DNA of 64,000 bases from Lytechinus pictus (Eukaryota), in NCBI RefSeq assembly GCF_037042905.1, contig NC_087245.1, positions 19,966,001-20,030,000 of the forward strand. Reading direction: 5' to 3'. A program made the position numbers and the translations under genes. Under the pieces are notes generated by a model. The model was given only the letters and a program-made list of their open reading frames with translations, was not told the DNA's origin and made no database searches. Of the stretch, positions 27,621-41,237 are shown in pieces (the stretch's first letter is position 1; each line of letters begins with the position of its first letter).

Positions 27621-29407
27621 ATATTTTCTATTAATAGCAATACTACAAAGAACAATGCTTTCTTACATCAATGAAGGAGGAGTAACTGTAATTCTATACT
27701 TCTTATTGTATTCATGCACATTCATACAGTTTCCCACAGACTGTACAATACAGTTGAAATAACAATTTATTGAAGAATCTGATCTAAATGTACCATGAAA
27801 TCTCTCTATTGAATAAAATCTTGCTAAAATTGGTTTTTATCTCTATTCCTTCTTTGCCTGAGCAATTATGGTTAGAGTGATTATTTTCTCTTTAGCTGAA
27901 AAGCAGACCTAGATCATGATCAAAGGGAAAGAAGAGTGATACATCATTCTGCGGGTAGAAAACAATTTCCACGTACGACTTGGCAAGGACAAAAGAAAAA
28001 TGGCTAAAATCATATTCAATAATCAAAACATGAAATATCATAAAGGCTCTTACAAAAACTAGTTTACTCTAGAGGAGTCATAAAACATCTGGATTCATAC
28101 TTTCTTTTCAAAGTCACACCTGGTTCGGAACGCTGCTTTTCTGAAGCTTTCCGAACCTTTTCCTTGTCTGGTGCCACACAAAGACAATGATAAATGAATG
28201 AATAAATGAGTAAGACGCGATAGACAATAAGATCCCAGGATGAGTTAGAGTTTATGATCTGAGCGAAATCTCTTTAAAGCCCCCAGCATGACCTATGTGA
28301 CAAAATGTGATTACCGCTCCACAGACGCAAAAGTGATGATGCTAATTTTCTACAATAACCCAAAATATTGTGGCCTGACCTACATGGTTGAAACCAGGCA
28401 GACAGTTTTGATTAACCAAAAACCACAATCAATTTCGGAGGCAAATTCTGTGGTTGGCAAATAAGTTTTTTTGGACCAGCTCTGGTTTTAAAGTAGTACA
28501 AGTGCAGAGGAGTCCGTGTCTGCTACCCAAGAGAAAAACGGAAATAATAAAAACAGGAGCCCATATGGATGAGTAGCTGAACTAGTGAGGCAGCAAAATT
28601 GAGGCAGATGTTTTAACAAAAAACTCTCTAAAATGAAAAAGTATTAAAATTTGTGAGAGCTCGAGAAAAATCAATCTACACATGGCATACAATATGCATT
28701 ACAATCACATTCATAATATATAAAATATATATAATCATCATATATAAAATATATATAATCATATATATGAAAGTGAAATTTTATCCAATTAGTAATGAAC
28801 AATTGCTTATTGTGTACCAGTAATTGGCCCAGAGAGCAAATGCTTTAGAATGGAAAATAAACACACAGTTTCACCACAATCACCATCATCATTGCCATCA
28901 TTCAAAAACTTTATAAATTTTACTTGTTCACTGTTATATGAAGAAAACAATCAGTTAACTTTTGAAATGTAATATAATTTGTTTTTATGCTGAAGTTATC
29001 ACCATTAATGAAATTGGTTTACAATTGGAGTCATAAGTATAATATGTTACATTAGAACTACAGGACAAGAACAGAGGAGATGAAGAATTATTGGAGAGGG
29101 GGACATCAGTATTTTTTTTGGGGGGGAGGAAGAAAAGTGGGGCAAGAGTTGGTGAAATAAGACAATGAGATTTGATAGTTGCCTTTAAGCATTTTACATT
29201 CCCGTTTCTTTTAAATTGCCTGCATTCTTGTGACAAAAAAGTACACATCGCACTCTGAATCATCACATAACACCACTGACTATCATCAAACCGATTAGTA
29301 AAACGTCTGCAGAATCAAAAAGATATGTAGAAACACTTCCATCCACACAAGTAAACAAAACCGTGGGTATGCATTTGTTGTATCTATTGTGTTAATCCAG
29401 ACCCCTG

Positions 29408-30136
29408 CACTCTAAAAAATATTTGGTAAAAGTGCTCCATAGGTGGTTTCAAACCGCCTCAATCACAAGAATCCCTGTTAAATTACGAGAACTTTTTTTA
29501 GGCTGAAAAATACCCATTAATTATTCCTGCATTCACACCGCCCTGAAACATACCCTTCGGGATAAGTTCCTGAAGTTACGAGCATGCGCAGTATGGTCTG
29601 ATAAGCAGGCAAGGCGCGAGATTCAAAATCACTAGCCCAGCAGCCACCCACGCCGCCGCACCCAACGACACGCTGGGCTAAAAGTTCCCGTAATTTGCTT
29701 TCACATCGCCAAAATACCTGCGACCTTGGAAAAATCCCCGCGAAAGTTCTCGTAATTTCGCCAAGTACCTACTATTTAGCGGGTATTTTCTTTCGGGGAA
29801 ATTACGCGTATTTTGCTTTCACATTACCAAAATACCTGGTATTTTCTGATCGGGGTAAATTTCCCAATCAGAGAATACCTGGAACTGACAAACTTCGAGG
29901 CGGTCTGAAACCACCTCATGAGGGTAATTATGTGTCCAACCAACATTGGGCATTTGTTATGGGCATCTTTATTTATCCAGTGTGATGAAAATTTTGCCCA
30001 TTCTAAAGTAATTGCTGCTTATTTTTTAACCTTACTGGACAATATGCTTCCCGCATTGGGTAAAATACTGCCCCAAATTGGTTGGACACATCATTACCAT
30101 CATGGTGGTAAAGTTTACCCAATATTTTTTACAGTG
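29408..30136. mobile_element. Small CACTG-terminated MITE (CACTA/EnSpm-like), host of MITE A copy 1
   Basis: Left CACTCTAAAAAATATTTGGTAAAAGTGCTCCAT|GAGGGTAATTATGTGTCCAACCA (rejoined across the insertion) is the inverted repeat of right TGGTTGGACACATCATTACCATCATGGTGGTAAAGTTTACCCAATATTTTTTACAGTG. Confidence 0.8.
29441..29916 (+). mobile_element. MITE family A, copy 1 (476 bp), 3-bp TSD CAT, PIF/Harbinger-like
   Basis: TIR AGGTGGTTTCAAACCGCCTC / GAGGCGGTCTGAAACCACCT, CAT on both flanks, nearly identical to 35355-35841. Confidence 0.92.
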
Positions 30137-30914
30137 TATGCTCTTTTTCTACCAACTATTGCAAAAAGTGCAATCATTGTTCAATGTTCACAGCCAAATA
30201 TTATATTTCTATATAATTTCTAATCAATAAGTACAATGCTGGGAATACTATATATACAAAACGTCAGGATGTGCTCATAAGTTATTCGATGAAAGTAGTG
30301 TTCAAAATAAATTAAAGAAATTATAGCAACTTATAGGCCTATAACACAAGTAATCATCCCATAAATCAACCATTCGTTTACTATCCGTCTTTCCTGCAAT
30401 GGGTCCAATCGCCTGTCAAAATACAAAGAACTTGAGGCCCCCACTGACCTACGAATCGATGTTCAATTAGCCCCTACGACAGGAGATGCAGAAAAGTGTC
30501 TTAGGAGCCTGCATCTGATCAATGAAGTGGTCATAGAGGCGTAGTGCCACCGTTGTTGATGGCATGAGCGAAATGATATCAAGGCCTGTAACATAGAGCG
30601 TAGCAACTGATCATGGGGCTGATTTCTATGATTGATTATTATGTATGATCAATCATAAAGATCAATCACAACGCCATAAGGGCCCAGTGAATGCTTCAGT
30701 GGTCAGATGCTTTCAAGCCCTCTTGGTCCTCTCACGTTACAGCGTTGTCTATATGTGATAGTCTTTGATGATCTACTACTTTTGATCTATTCATAAAATT
30801 GTCTATGATTTTTTTTTCTAATTCTCTTAAAAAAGCCTGTCTTTCAATTTGGTACAGGGTCAGAAAGGTGATCTATAATTGATTATCATTGAGCATTGAA
30901 CAACAAAAGCTTTA

Positions 30915-31371
30915 GGGCAATTCCATAGGTTGGTGGACATGAGCTCAATGTGTCTTTGTACATATAGCACATCTGAACCGTAACGTGAGTAACCACTTTA
31001 TCTGCACCCCTAGTAAAAACCATGTGTTCTTTATTTTTTTAATTATATACAAATTTGTCTCCCTAATATACTTCTTTGAAATGGATATAATCAACTTTCA
31101 TAAAAGCCTTGCATGAGGACACTTTTCACATATGTCCACTTTTCATTTTATGCATGTCCAAATCAGGTACCATGAGTAACCGACACATTTCAAAGATTTG
31201 CCAGGAGCATAATGAAATTTCCCAAGTTTTGTTTTTATACAAAGGATAGTCAGACTGCGTACTATGTTGTGATAAAGAGATGTTTAGTTCCTATCAATAA
31301 TAATGGAGTTACAGCTCCAAGTATGAGTCAAGGTGTCTCCAAAAGTAACGCGAGTAACCATGGAATGGCCC
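30915..31371. mobile_element. MITE with 4-bp TSD TTTA and GGG..CCC termini (Sola2- or Kolobok-like)
   Basis: TTTA|GGGCAATTCCAT ... ATGGAATGGCCC|TTTA. Internal motif GTAACG.GAGTAACC recurs at about 30980 and 31345. Confidence 0.7.
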
Positions 31372-33328
31372 TTTAGCAGCCATTAAATGCATTTTTACTA
31401 TTAGAATTTAAACAAGTCATTTTTCCCAGCCGTTACGATTCAAATTTAAATCAAGCACCCTCTTTCAATAATGTTTTTATTTTCATTTTAGATAGCCATT
31501 TGAGCACTTACCTTTCATATTCGGTATGTATATGAAATCCACAATGGATTTTTCGAAAATGAAAAAGACTAATTTGAAACTGTAATAATCCTTAACTGAT
31601 GAATACATGTACAGAGTATTTTGTTGTAATTTTATAGCCAAATAAAGTAATGGGTTTGACTTTGAAGACTACGAACAGAGCATTTCGTTATTTGAGTGGC
31701 ACATTACGTCCACAGCATACACTCACAGTCTCTCCCACTTGCGGGCAATCTAATGTATGATTACGTCAATGTTGAGGGATAGCCGAGATAAAATGCTTCT
31801 CGATTCGCGTGAAATGTTCACCCACGAGGTCACTGGTTTCTTATATAAACTGCTGCAAAGAAAAAATATATATGATCAGCCTGACCAAGGAAAAGAGAAA
31901 GATCTAGATAGGTATTAGGGTTTCATCTTAAATTCTTTGCCATTCACTTTTCCTGTTAGTCTGACAAGATGCAATCTGTGTAAAAATATTTTAATTTGAC
32001 CAATCAATGACTTCAAAGATACCATGGTATGGGAAAAATATATGGAAGTAAATAATCATTATAAACAAGCTCACCTGTGCTTATTAGTGGTTATCTGCTA
32101 ACTTTCACAATGATGTTGAGTTTGCTACTTAAAATTTTACAAGGTCTGTAGTACGTATTTATTATTTCAGACATTTCTTTTAATTTTTAGACTTTTCTGG
32201 CCATGCAAATTGATTACATAATAATCAAACTCAAATTTGACTTTGCAATGAGGCCTCACTATGGCACATGAACTGTATGAGAGCAGTGCGTCATCTGGTC
32301 ATGTACTTATCCCTTATACACGGGACAGGTATAACAAATGCCCCCTAAATGACACCTGCGCAAAATTGGTGAATGGATCTCCCAAATGATCTATGCATAT
32401 GATATGACCATCTCCAAGGGTGCATACTGACATTACTGTTGAAAATTGACTGAGATCATTTTAAATTTTGGCTTAGATAAGATTTATCTCTATTGTACAC
32501 ACTTTGTTCAGTATATTGAACACTAATTCAACTAATAAAGCAAATGTTTTAATTTCTTTTTATATGATCAATAAAGTAAACAGAGATTGAAACATGAAGA
32601 CTCTGGTGAAACACAAGCCGATGAACATCCGGTTTGCAATGTCTTTGTGAGAGACTGATGAGACTGTTTTATGATATATCTTAAAACGCACTTCGATAAT
32701 GAATGACTCTCTCCTTTGATGAATGTGCTTCGCTTAAACCGCATTCTTTAACTCGCATTCTTGTTCTTTCTTGTGTCTTTCATTAAAGATGCAGCTTGTG
32801 TTCTACTCCCAGAGGACTTAAGGCTTGAAGTCCTATTCCCTACTGGACATCAAACTACATAGAACGATTCTTGTAAACAAGTTTTTAATGCAATTGGTAA
32901 TACGCCGTCAGGATACAAAGGCATGGGCGAAGGACAATCGCTGCTCACATATGTACACTTACAAAATGTAGCCTGGTCATCATGAGATGAGAAGCATTAT
33001 AAACAGGAATAAGCCTGGAGTAGACAACTGGCACCCACTGTATCATTGTATAATTAAACCTAGACAACCCTCCAATGAACCTGCTATTTTGCCAGTGTAA
33101 AGAACTTCTAATATTTCTCAAAGGAAATGTACATGAGGTATTGCTCAAAGTAAAAGAACTTTTGTAGAGTTTTCTCTGAGGTTGTATGGATACATGCAAT
33201 GTGAAAGCAAATTTTGAGAACTTTTGATGAGAGGCAACTATAATGCAACAGAATGCGAGAGGTTTGTTGCTATATTCACAACTACAAGTTCTATATTAAA
33301 AGGTAGATGGAGGTGTGAAACACTTTAA

Positions 33329-33872
33329 AGGACAAGTCCACCCCCCAAAAAAAAGTTGGTTTAAATAAAAAGGGAAAATCGAACAAGCATTACACTGAAA
33401 TTAAGCTTTGCTTAATTTCACAAAAGTTATATTCACATCCTGGACAGTATACAAATGGGGAGACTGATGACGCCATCCACTCACTATTTTTTTTTTTTTC
33501 ATAACATGAAATATGAAATTTCATAATTTTCTCTTCATTGTCAAGTGAAACAGAGTTTGATGAACATGTTGAATTACCACTGCTTTAACATTTTGTGGTT
33601 CAAACAAGGGGGTCTTTATTGTTAAATCTGTAAAATTGAAATACTGTATAATTCAAATATAAAACAAAAGAAATAGTGAGGACACCATCAATTCTCTCAT
33701 TTGCATATCACTGAGTTGTGCACATAACTGTTCTGTGAAAATAAGCAAAACTTTTAATGTCGTAACTTTCTTATTTTACATCCAATTTCGCTGAAATTTC
33801 AAGCATTATATACCTGTTCAATTTTTTTCTATTGATTCAAATCAACTTTTTTTTCTGGGGTGGACTTTACCT
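33329..33872. mobile_element. TTAA-TSD MITE (Kolobok-like)
   Basis: TTAA|AGGACAAGTCCACCCC ... GGGGTGGACTTTACCT|TTAA, with further degenerate inverted similarity internally. Confidence 0.8.
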
Positions 33873-34983
33873 TTAAATGGTGAAAGGCATGTCAAGGCAT
33901 CTCATTAGTTTATGTTTGCAAGTGGTTGGGGTCCATTTCAATACCATGTTTAAATGCAAATTTCCATGTATTTATTTATTTGGACAATAAATACTACCTT
34001 ATTTCTTTCTCTAGACCACAGTGATTCCAAAATACTGCAAATCATTCAATCACTCACTACAGATACAAGCCTATGTATACTGATTGGGCATAAATTTTTC
34101 AAAAAGATACTCTGATAACTATGGAGCTACTAGGTGAATTTTGTTTATGTATGGGAGGGGGGTTCAACATGCCTGAACAACAACAAAATCAGTAAATTGA
34201 TTTGTTACATAATTAATTGGATCATTTTTATTTCTTTTCTGGAAGCCCCACATCAATGTCAGACATGAAACTTCAGTGTTCTGAAGCTAAATGCACCAAC
34301 ACATTTTCCCAGGGAAAGAAGACCTATTTAAAAAACAGTAAGATAGGATGAGATAAGACAGTGCTTTGTTTATCAAACATTCCATCTCCTTCAACTAGAT
34401 CACCTCTACTACCTGGGTAAATTGTGAAGTTTAAAATCATTATTGATCATCTATCATAAAACAATAGATAAAGTACTCCATTTCAGATTACCCTTTCCAA
34501 ACAGTGAAACTTTGATAACTGCAATTTAAAACTAAAGTTCAAAGGTCCAAGACTATTCATGTCTCTGCACTGCAAACCATAAGGTATGGATCCTTTCATA
34601 GCAGTAAAATCCTTTGGCAAGACATTGATCTAAGACACCCCCCTCCCCCATCCAGGCATTAAATCTTACATTGATGGGTTTACATTTGTAGATATCATGC
34701 TCCTAAACCAGTATGAAATATGCATAAATTGTGGGTGGGAACATTAGGCTGATATCAAGGCTAATGATGAAGCTCTTCGTAAAATATCTAGGGGAACTCA
34801 CCTAATGCATTAAGTGCAATTGATACATGCATTGAAATAAAAATTGTCTCCATAAGATCAAAAGGGAAGGCAATTTAAAGATCCCCAAGGGTGCTTTATA
34901 GCTGGGCCATTTTATCTGTATCATTAGTCAATAACCTGATACAGATAGGCCTTCCCACATAATTCTAATTCTGATATGAACTT

Positions 34984-36245
34984 AAAAACAAGTGGAACGC
35001 CTCTGGCAGTCTCGCCTGCATTACGCAATACGATATAGCAGCAGTGCTGCCTTTGAAAACAGCTCATGAATAATTATTTACAGAAGAAAACACTAATATG
35101 ATAATAAAATATTATGTCCATTGACTAAAAATGACCTTAGACCATGATCATGTGACCTATTAAAGACATGTGCAAAACAATCAATCATACTTGATTACCT
35201 TTATGTCGATGTTTCATGAGCTAGATCCATAATTTTTCTAAGAAATGCCAATTCAACACATATTCCCAACACGGCCACAGTTCATTGACCTTTAAGTGAC
35301 CTTTCACCTTGGTCATGTGACCTGAAACTCGCACAGGATGTTTAAGGATACATGAGGTGGTTTCAAACCGCCTCGATCACAAGAATCCCCGTTAAATTAC
35401 GAGAACTTTTTTAGGCTGAAAAATACCCATTAATTATTCCTGCGTTCACACCGCCCTGAAACATACCCTTCGGGATAAGTTCCTGAAGTAGTTCCTGAAG
35501 TTACGAGCATGCGCAGTATGGTCTGATAAGCAAGCAAGGCGCGAGATTCCAAATCACTAGCCCAGCAGCCACCCACAGCGCCGCACCCAACGACACGCTG
35601 GGCTAAAAGTTCCCGTAATTTGCTTTCACACCGCCAAAATACCTGCGACCTTGGAAAAATCCCCGCGAAAATTCTCGTAATTTCGCCAAGTACCTACTAT
35701 TTAGCGGGTATTTTCTTTCGGGGAAATTACGCGTAGTTTGCTTTCACATTACCAAAATACCTGGTATTTTCTGATCGGGGTAAATTTCCCGATCAGAGAA
35801 TACCTGGAACTGACGAACTTCGAGGCGGTCTGAAACCACCTATGGTTGCTCTTATGTCCACATTTCATGAACTAGATCCATAAAATTTCAGTTATGATGA
35901 CAATTCCTCAAATACCCCCAACATGGCCAAAGTTTGTTGACCCTAAGTGACCTTTCACCTTGGTGATGATATGCAGGGATACATGGTTGCTCTTATATCC
36001 AAGATTCATGAACTAGATCCATAAACTACCTAATTTATGGTGACATTTCAAAAACTTAACCTTGGTTAAGATTTTGATATTGAGTCCCCCAACATGGTCT
36101 CAGTTCATTGACCCTAAATGACCTTTGACCTTAGTCACATGACCTGAAACTCAAGCAGGACGTTCAATACTACTTGATGACCCTTATGTCCAAGTTTCAT
36201 GAATAAGGTCCATATACTTTCTAAGTTATGATGACATTTCAAAAA
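34984..36245 (-). mobile_element. Second HINE/Helentron-like element (different family) with internal tandem units, truncated at its right end and interrupted by a MITE
   Basis: Starts AAAAACAAG-TGGAAC-GCC-TCT-GGC (small hairpin)-AGTCTCGCCTGCA. Repeated units GACCTTT.ACCTTGGTCATGTGACCTGAAACTC ... TTTCATGAACTAGATCCATA at about 35130, 35300, 35950, 36120. No reciprocal TGCAGGCGAGAC terminus found downstream. Confidence 0.7.
35355..35841 (+). mobile_element. MITE family A, copy 2 (487 bp), 3-bp TSD ATG
   Basis: Same TIRs and interior as copy 1, plus a 12-bp tandem duplication AGTTCCTGAAGT (35478-35501). ATG on both flanks. The empty site GGATACATGGTTGCTC is visible in the next host repeat unit near 35977. 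Confidence 0.92.
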
Positions 36246-39200
36246 ATTTTGCTTGACTTATCCAATTTATATGCATTAAAGCGAAAGTTGGCATATACCC
36301 TGGACAGGCAAACAGTAGGTGGGACAACTGGATGGAATTAACTTTTCTGGACTTGAACTATTCAGATTTCTTCCGTCAAAGGATAGGACTAGGAAACCAA
36401 AGAAACTTGAGACTAAAAATGAAGTCTGAACACTCCCAACAAACGAAAACTCCCAAACAACACAACTTCTGTACTTCCCTTGGCACACAAACACATCGCA
36501 GGTCTCAACTAACGAGAGTCCAGACAATTTCCCTAGACTGCATTTCCGAGGGTTCACGCCTGGCCACATCAGCCCGTGGAAAGCCACTACATAAAAACCA
36601 ATCCAAGGAAATGTACGACAACCGACATTATCAGAAGTGGAGGGGGTCGAGGTAATCCAAGTAATTACTTGTGATCATGATAGGAGGGAAGATTGTTCTG
36701 GGACATCCAAATTGTTCTGGACGTTGTGGAAAGCTAGCATAAGCTGTTGACACAGAGGGCTCAGTCTTGGCTAGTTGTACGGCGGCAACTCCATTTACGT
36801 CTAATTTGGTTGCGGTGTTGTTGCCAAAGTCATTTGGGATCGTTTGAAGGTTTGTCTGCAGTATCGAACGAGAGCCAGGACATCGCAGAGATTGGCGTAT
36901 TCAAATCAAGAGTGGCAAATTATGTGGGAAAAGAAGGCGTACCGTGGGCGAGGAAAGGTGGTGTGAGGAAATGCATATATCCTGGTTATCCTCTTCGTTC
37001 GCAAACACAGGCGTAGATATTCTTTCTATGCCAATGAGCAGTCACAATTGACAGAGTTTCAAGACTGAAACATTACAGCAGCATATAATGACCTACTTAC
37101 ATGTAGAGTTCACCAAGAGTACGAAGCAAAGTTTTGCAACCCATTACCATTATACCCTTGACAATCTATCTTTCTTCATTTAATTATTAAATGCATGATG
37201 AAGTTTAATGTTAGGATGATGAATTTAACATAATAAGGTTTGGAAACAAAGTCTTAAGTGCGTGAAAAAAGAGAACTTGAAGGAATAAACCAAATATGCA
37301 ATATCATTGCTATCTTACAATAAATACAGGCCTTACTCAACTAAATATCTTGGGTACAGTAATATTTTATCCCTAAGATCCCTAAAGAGTTTTGTCTTTT
37401 CAAAGAACATCTGCAGATGTCTCTTTTTACTCACCAATTCTAAGATACCTAATGCCCATTTCTTATCTCTTACATCATCTCCCTAACACAATTTTTCCAG
37501 GTCAAAATACTATTTCCCCCCTTAAGACTACATCCTGGTTCATGAAGCAGAACTAAGAAGCATGTCACATACATTCCGCGACATGGAATAAGTAGAAAAA
37601 GCAAATAAACATGAACTCGATAAAGGGCAGTTACCCTGTATGGCCATTCCCTAATTCCACTTGCACCGGGCAGAATCCAATTATACTCCGCTCACACCTC
37701 CAGACCCACCTATATCTAACCGTGTGATCTCGATAAGAAGTGTAGCGGCAGCCTCCCATTGGGTTAAGCCATCACTCCGGGCGACACGGGCAGAGCGCAG
37801 TCGGGTGAAATGCGGTCTCAGCTGATTCACAAGCACATTCTGGCTTTATATTTTTTGTATGTTATTTTAAACGATGCCCAGATTTTCACGCTGGATGGAC
37901 ACATCACGCTGGTTAAACTAACATACCTAATTTCATTCCTGCATTAGATTAGAGTCTCAAATTAGCATCGATAATCATCACACTTGGCCTTTTAGGATGA
38001 ACAAACAGTTGCTCGGTATTACTATGATTGTTTTGTGAAGGTTGGGTTCAGATTATAATTGACAAATCAATATAATCTTCAAACCATTCAGGATTCAATA
38101 TTTTTTGCTTCATTAAACATTCAATAATCACCAGAATATTTGGTCCAAAATGCACACAGACATACAGATACAATGTGTTTGATCTAATATCATCAAGAAA
38201 ATGGCTTTCTATTTGAAACATGCGTGACATAATTTATCCATCCTCATGCTAAGTGTGACGATTCATGAGCAGCAATCTATCAATTCATATATTTGTCATC
38301 TACTTTCCAACTATTTATCTGTCATGTACCCTCTAACCAATCAATTCAAATTTTTCTACTTGATCCTCCACAGATACCTCCGCCAGGCTATCCTTCCTTC
38401 TATCCATCTATTCATTTTTCTATCCACCCACCCACCAGTTGTCCAAGCCTCCCTCAATCCATTCATGCCTTCATTAGTTCGTCCATCCATCAACCTAAAA
38501 GATTTAAGTCGGACAACATTTCTTCTACACGGACAACATTCCCCAGAACATCTGCTGGTGTTTAGATAATCTTGCAAAAATAGTTTTCAAAAGGAAGACG
38601 CACTTCAACCCCCCCCCCCTCCATCTTTTCCTCACTCTCTATATCTTCTCTCTCGTTGTCCTACATTTCCTCCGCATCCTCCACCACCGAACACCAGAAA
38701 GAAGGACAGATGAAATGCGCTTCTGCTGTAAAAACCGCCCCAAGATATTATCTTTGGAAACATGCGTGTTGCCGGTTATGCCCGCTCAGATCTTCTGGCA
38801 ATTGCAATCTTTTTCATTCATGACATTACCTCTGATCAAAATGTAAGAGGCGTTTTGCTTCGAATGGGGGATATCTGAAACGGGCTCTCTTTGCCGTGTT
38901 ATCCCTTTGATGTTGACAACAAAACTATTATTTTGCTACGGTCCGATAATATTATTACAAGATGCAAGTAAGGGAGATCATATTCACATTACAGCTGACC
39001 CATTATGAGTTCACCTATACAATATATTTGAAGTAGGTTAAATACATCAATCTATGTGACTCGCTAAAGGCTTTAATGCAACATGGTACAGGCTCTTTTT
39101 TCATTACTCTATCCATGTACATTATTCAAAGCGAGGATCCTATTTGAGAAAAACTATGATCTAGGACAAAATCTAAGATGCTATGACAAATTTATTCTGA

Positions 39201-41102
39201 TTAAATCTATAACGAATAATGAAGCTACAATATAGCATATGATTTCCCATTGAGAACAATTTTGTGTGTGCTTTTCTTTTCTTATAATAACCTACATGTA
39301 GGATTTTTCGCTACAGATTACATATTACAACTACAGAACATGACAAAGTTTGTGCAATTTTCATATCTAAATACAATTTGCAGAGGTGAAAGTATGTCAG
39401 CGATACAGAATACCCGAGGGTATTCAAAATGGTGCAAGAAGCATGTGGCGCTAGACTGCACTACCATTCACATCACAAACTGTAACCAGTGCATTATTTG
39501 TTTTGTGAAGGTTGGTGATAGTGGAGAGAAGTGACATCACCCCAAGCGCAGCCAAAATAGTAAAAGGTGTCCCTCTAGTGTGTGCAGTACACCATAAAGT
39601 CCTTGCCTAGCCTGCAGTCTTGGATTTTAAAACCAGATGCATTTTTTTTTGCAAGATTGGTTCGTATGTCTAAGAAATATAAACATCGCATGCAATTCAG
39701 ATAGCAGATATTATTTGTCTGTACTTTTTTTCGCATATACCTCTGGTGTGTGTCAGTGCTAAAAATATGTCGGTGCAAGAACACCCTTAACACCACATTT
39801 CGTGCGTCGCATGCACGCAAAAATGCCCTTAGCAGCACGCATAAGTGCATTGTGTAAGGGTGTTTCTGCACTGATGAGGTGCGCTAAGGGCATTCTTGCA
39901 CCGACATGACTCATTTAAGCTTATCTGAATGGATACATTCTTAAACCCCTGTATATGCTCATCCTGTTGCATATTTGATGAAGAGACATCATGAAAGGAA
40001 AGCAACATCTTTGTTTATTTTCTGTATTGATTATCTGAGATATGTCTTTCAACAGATAAACAAGGGTACATCTCTATTATCCTGGAAGATAGGGCGGCTT
40101 ACCATACACCTGCACAGGATTTACCCTCGTTCCGAGGGCCAACAATCCTTCCCCTTCAATTCTTCATCGCTCTTACGTTCCTCTTTCTAGTTTAACTCAG
40201 AGGGGGAAAAGCTTTTAAAGTAGTGCAACATTATGAAAATTATATATTTCAAATTATATTATTGTATTATATCGCTGAAAGGAAAACTAGACATGCACTG
40301 AGATGTTAACATCACCACATAAGGATAGTTCGAACACAGTATCCCTACACAATTGATAAATGTTTCTCATTGTGAACGTATATATATATAGATATATATA
40401 TATATGAACTTTTTCACATCTGGCTGTTTTAAAGATTTATTTTAGGTATTCACACCTGCCATGGCCAATAAGATTCTTAGAGTTAGCCTGCAATAAGACT
40501 CACAATTTTAGCAAAGGGTACAAAGTCTTCCTCTTGTCTCTAATCAAAGTTCGTATAATTCACTTCCACAGTGCAATGATGCAGTCTAGGCCATATTTGC
40601 CTGCTTTGGCTTCAGCCTCAGCCCGAGTCATGTGTACAGATATGGGATAACATTTTTCTCCAGTGACCTCATGACCCGGAACTACCGGCCTTATTACATC
40701 CCTCGCAAATATCCCCGCAACCTTTGTGAAATCCTGCAAAAGTTTTTGTAATTTTGAGAAGTACCAAATAATTTGTGGGTGTTCAAGTGATTTGACAAAC
40801 AGGAGCTTCTTCACACTGGCAAGATACCTGATCAATTAGCCTATCTATGTTAATGTATGTTGGTATTCTTCAAGATCGAGCAAGTGTGGATGCACCTCCA
40901 GAGAGTGAAGTCTGATTAGTGATCATCAATTAACACACTCCGAAGGCACATACAGGTCATTCAATGAACGAGCCTTTCTTTCCTCAGCTACATCTTTGGC
41001 AATACCCATGTAATTGATATGAATGAGTTGAGGTCTCAACCTGTACCTTGTATCTCTTTCTCCATTCTGTTTTAACACCATCTCTTTCCAACGCACCATC
41101 CA

Positions 41103-41237
41103 GGGGAGCATTTCAAGGAGAGTTTATTCAGCGACTTTTCACTGACTAATTTGCTCTGGGCCAATTAGATGTAAGGATTTATAGTGGCTTATAACAATAG
41201 GCAGTGAAAATTACTTGACTGTTTCATGAAATGCTTC
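41103..41237. mobile_element. Short degenerate MITE
   Basis: GGAGCATTTCAAG ... CATGAAATGCTTC ends, with internal TTTTCACTGACTA / TAGGCAGTGAAAA inverted pair. Confidence 0.5.
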
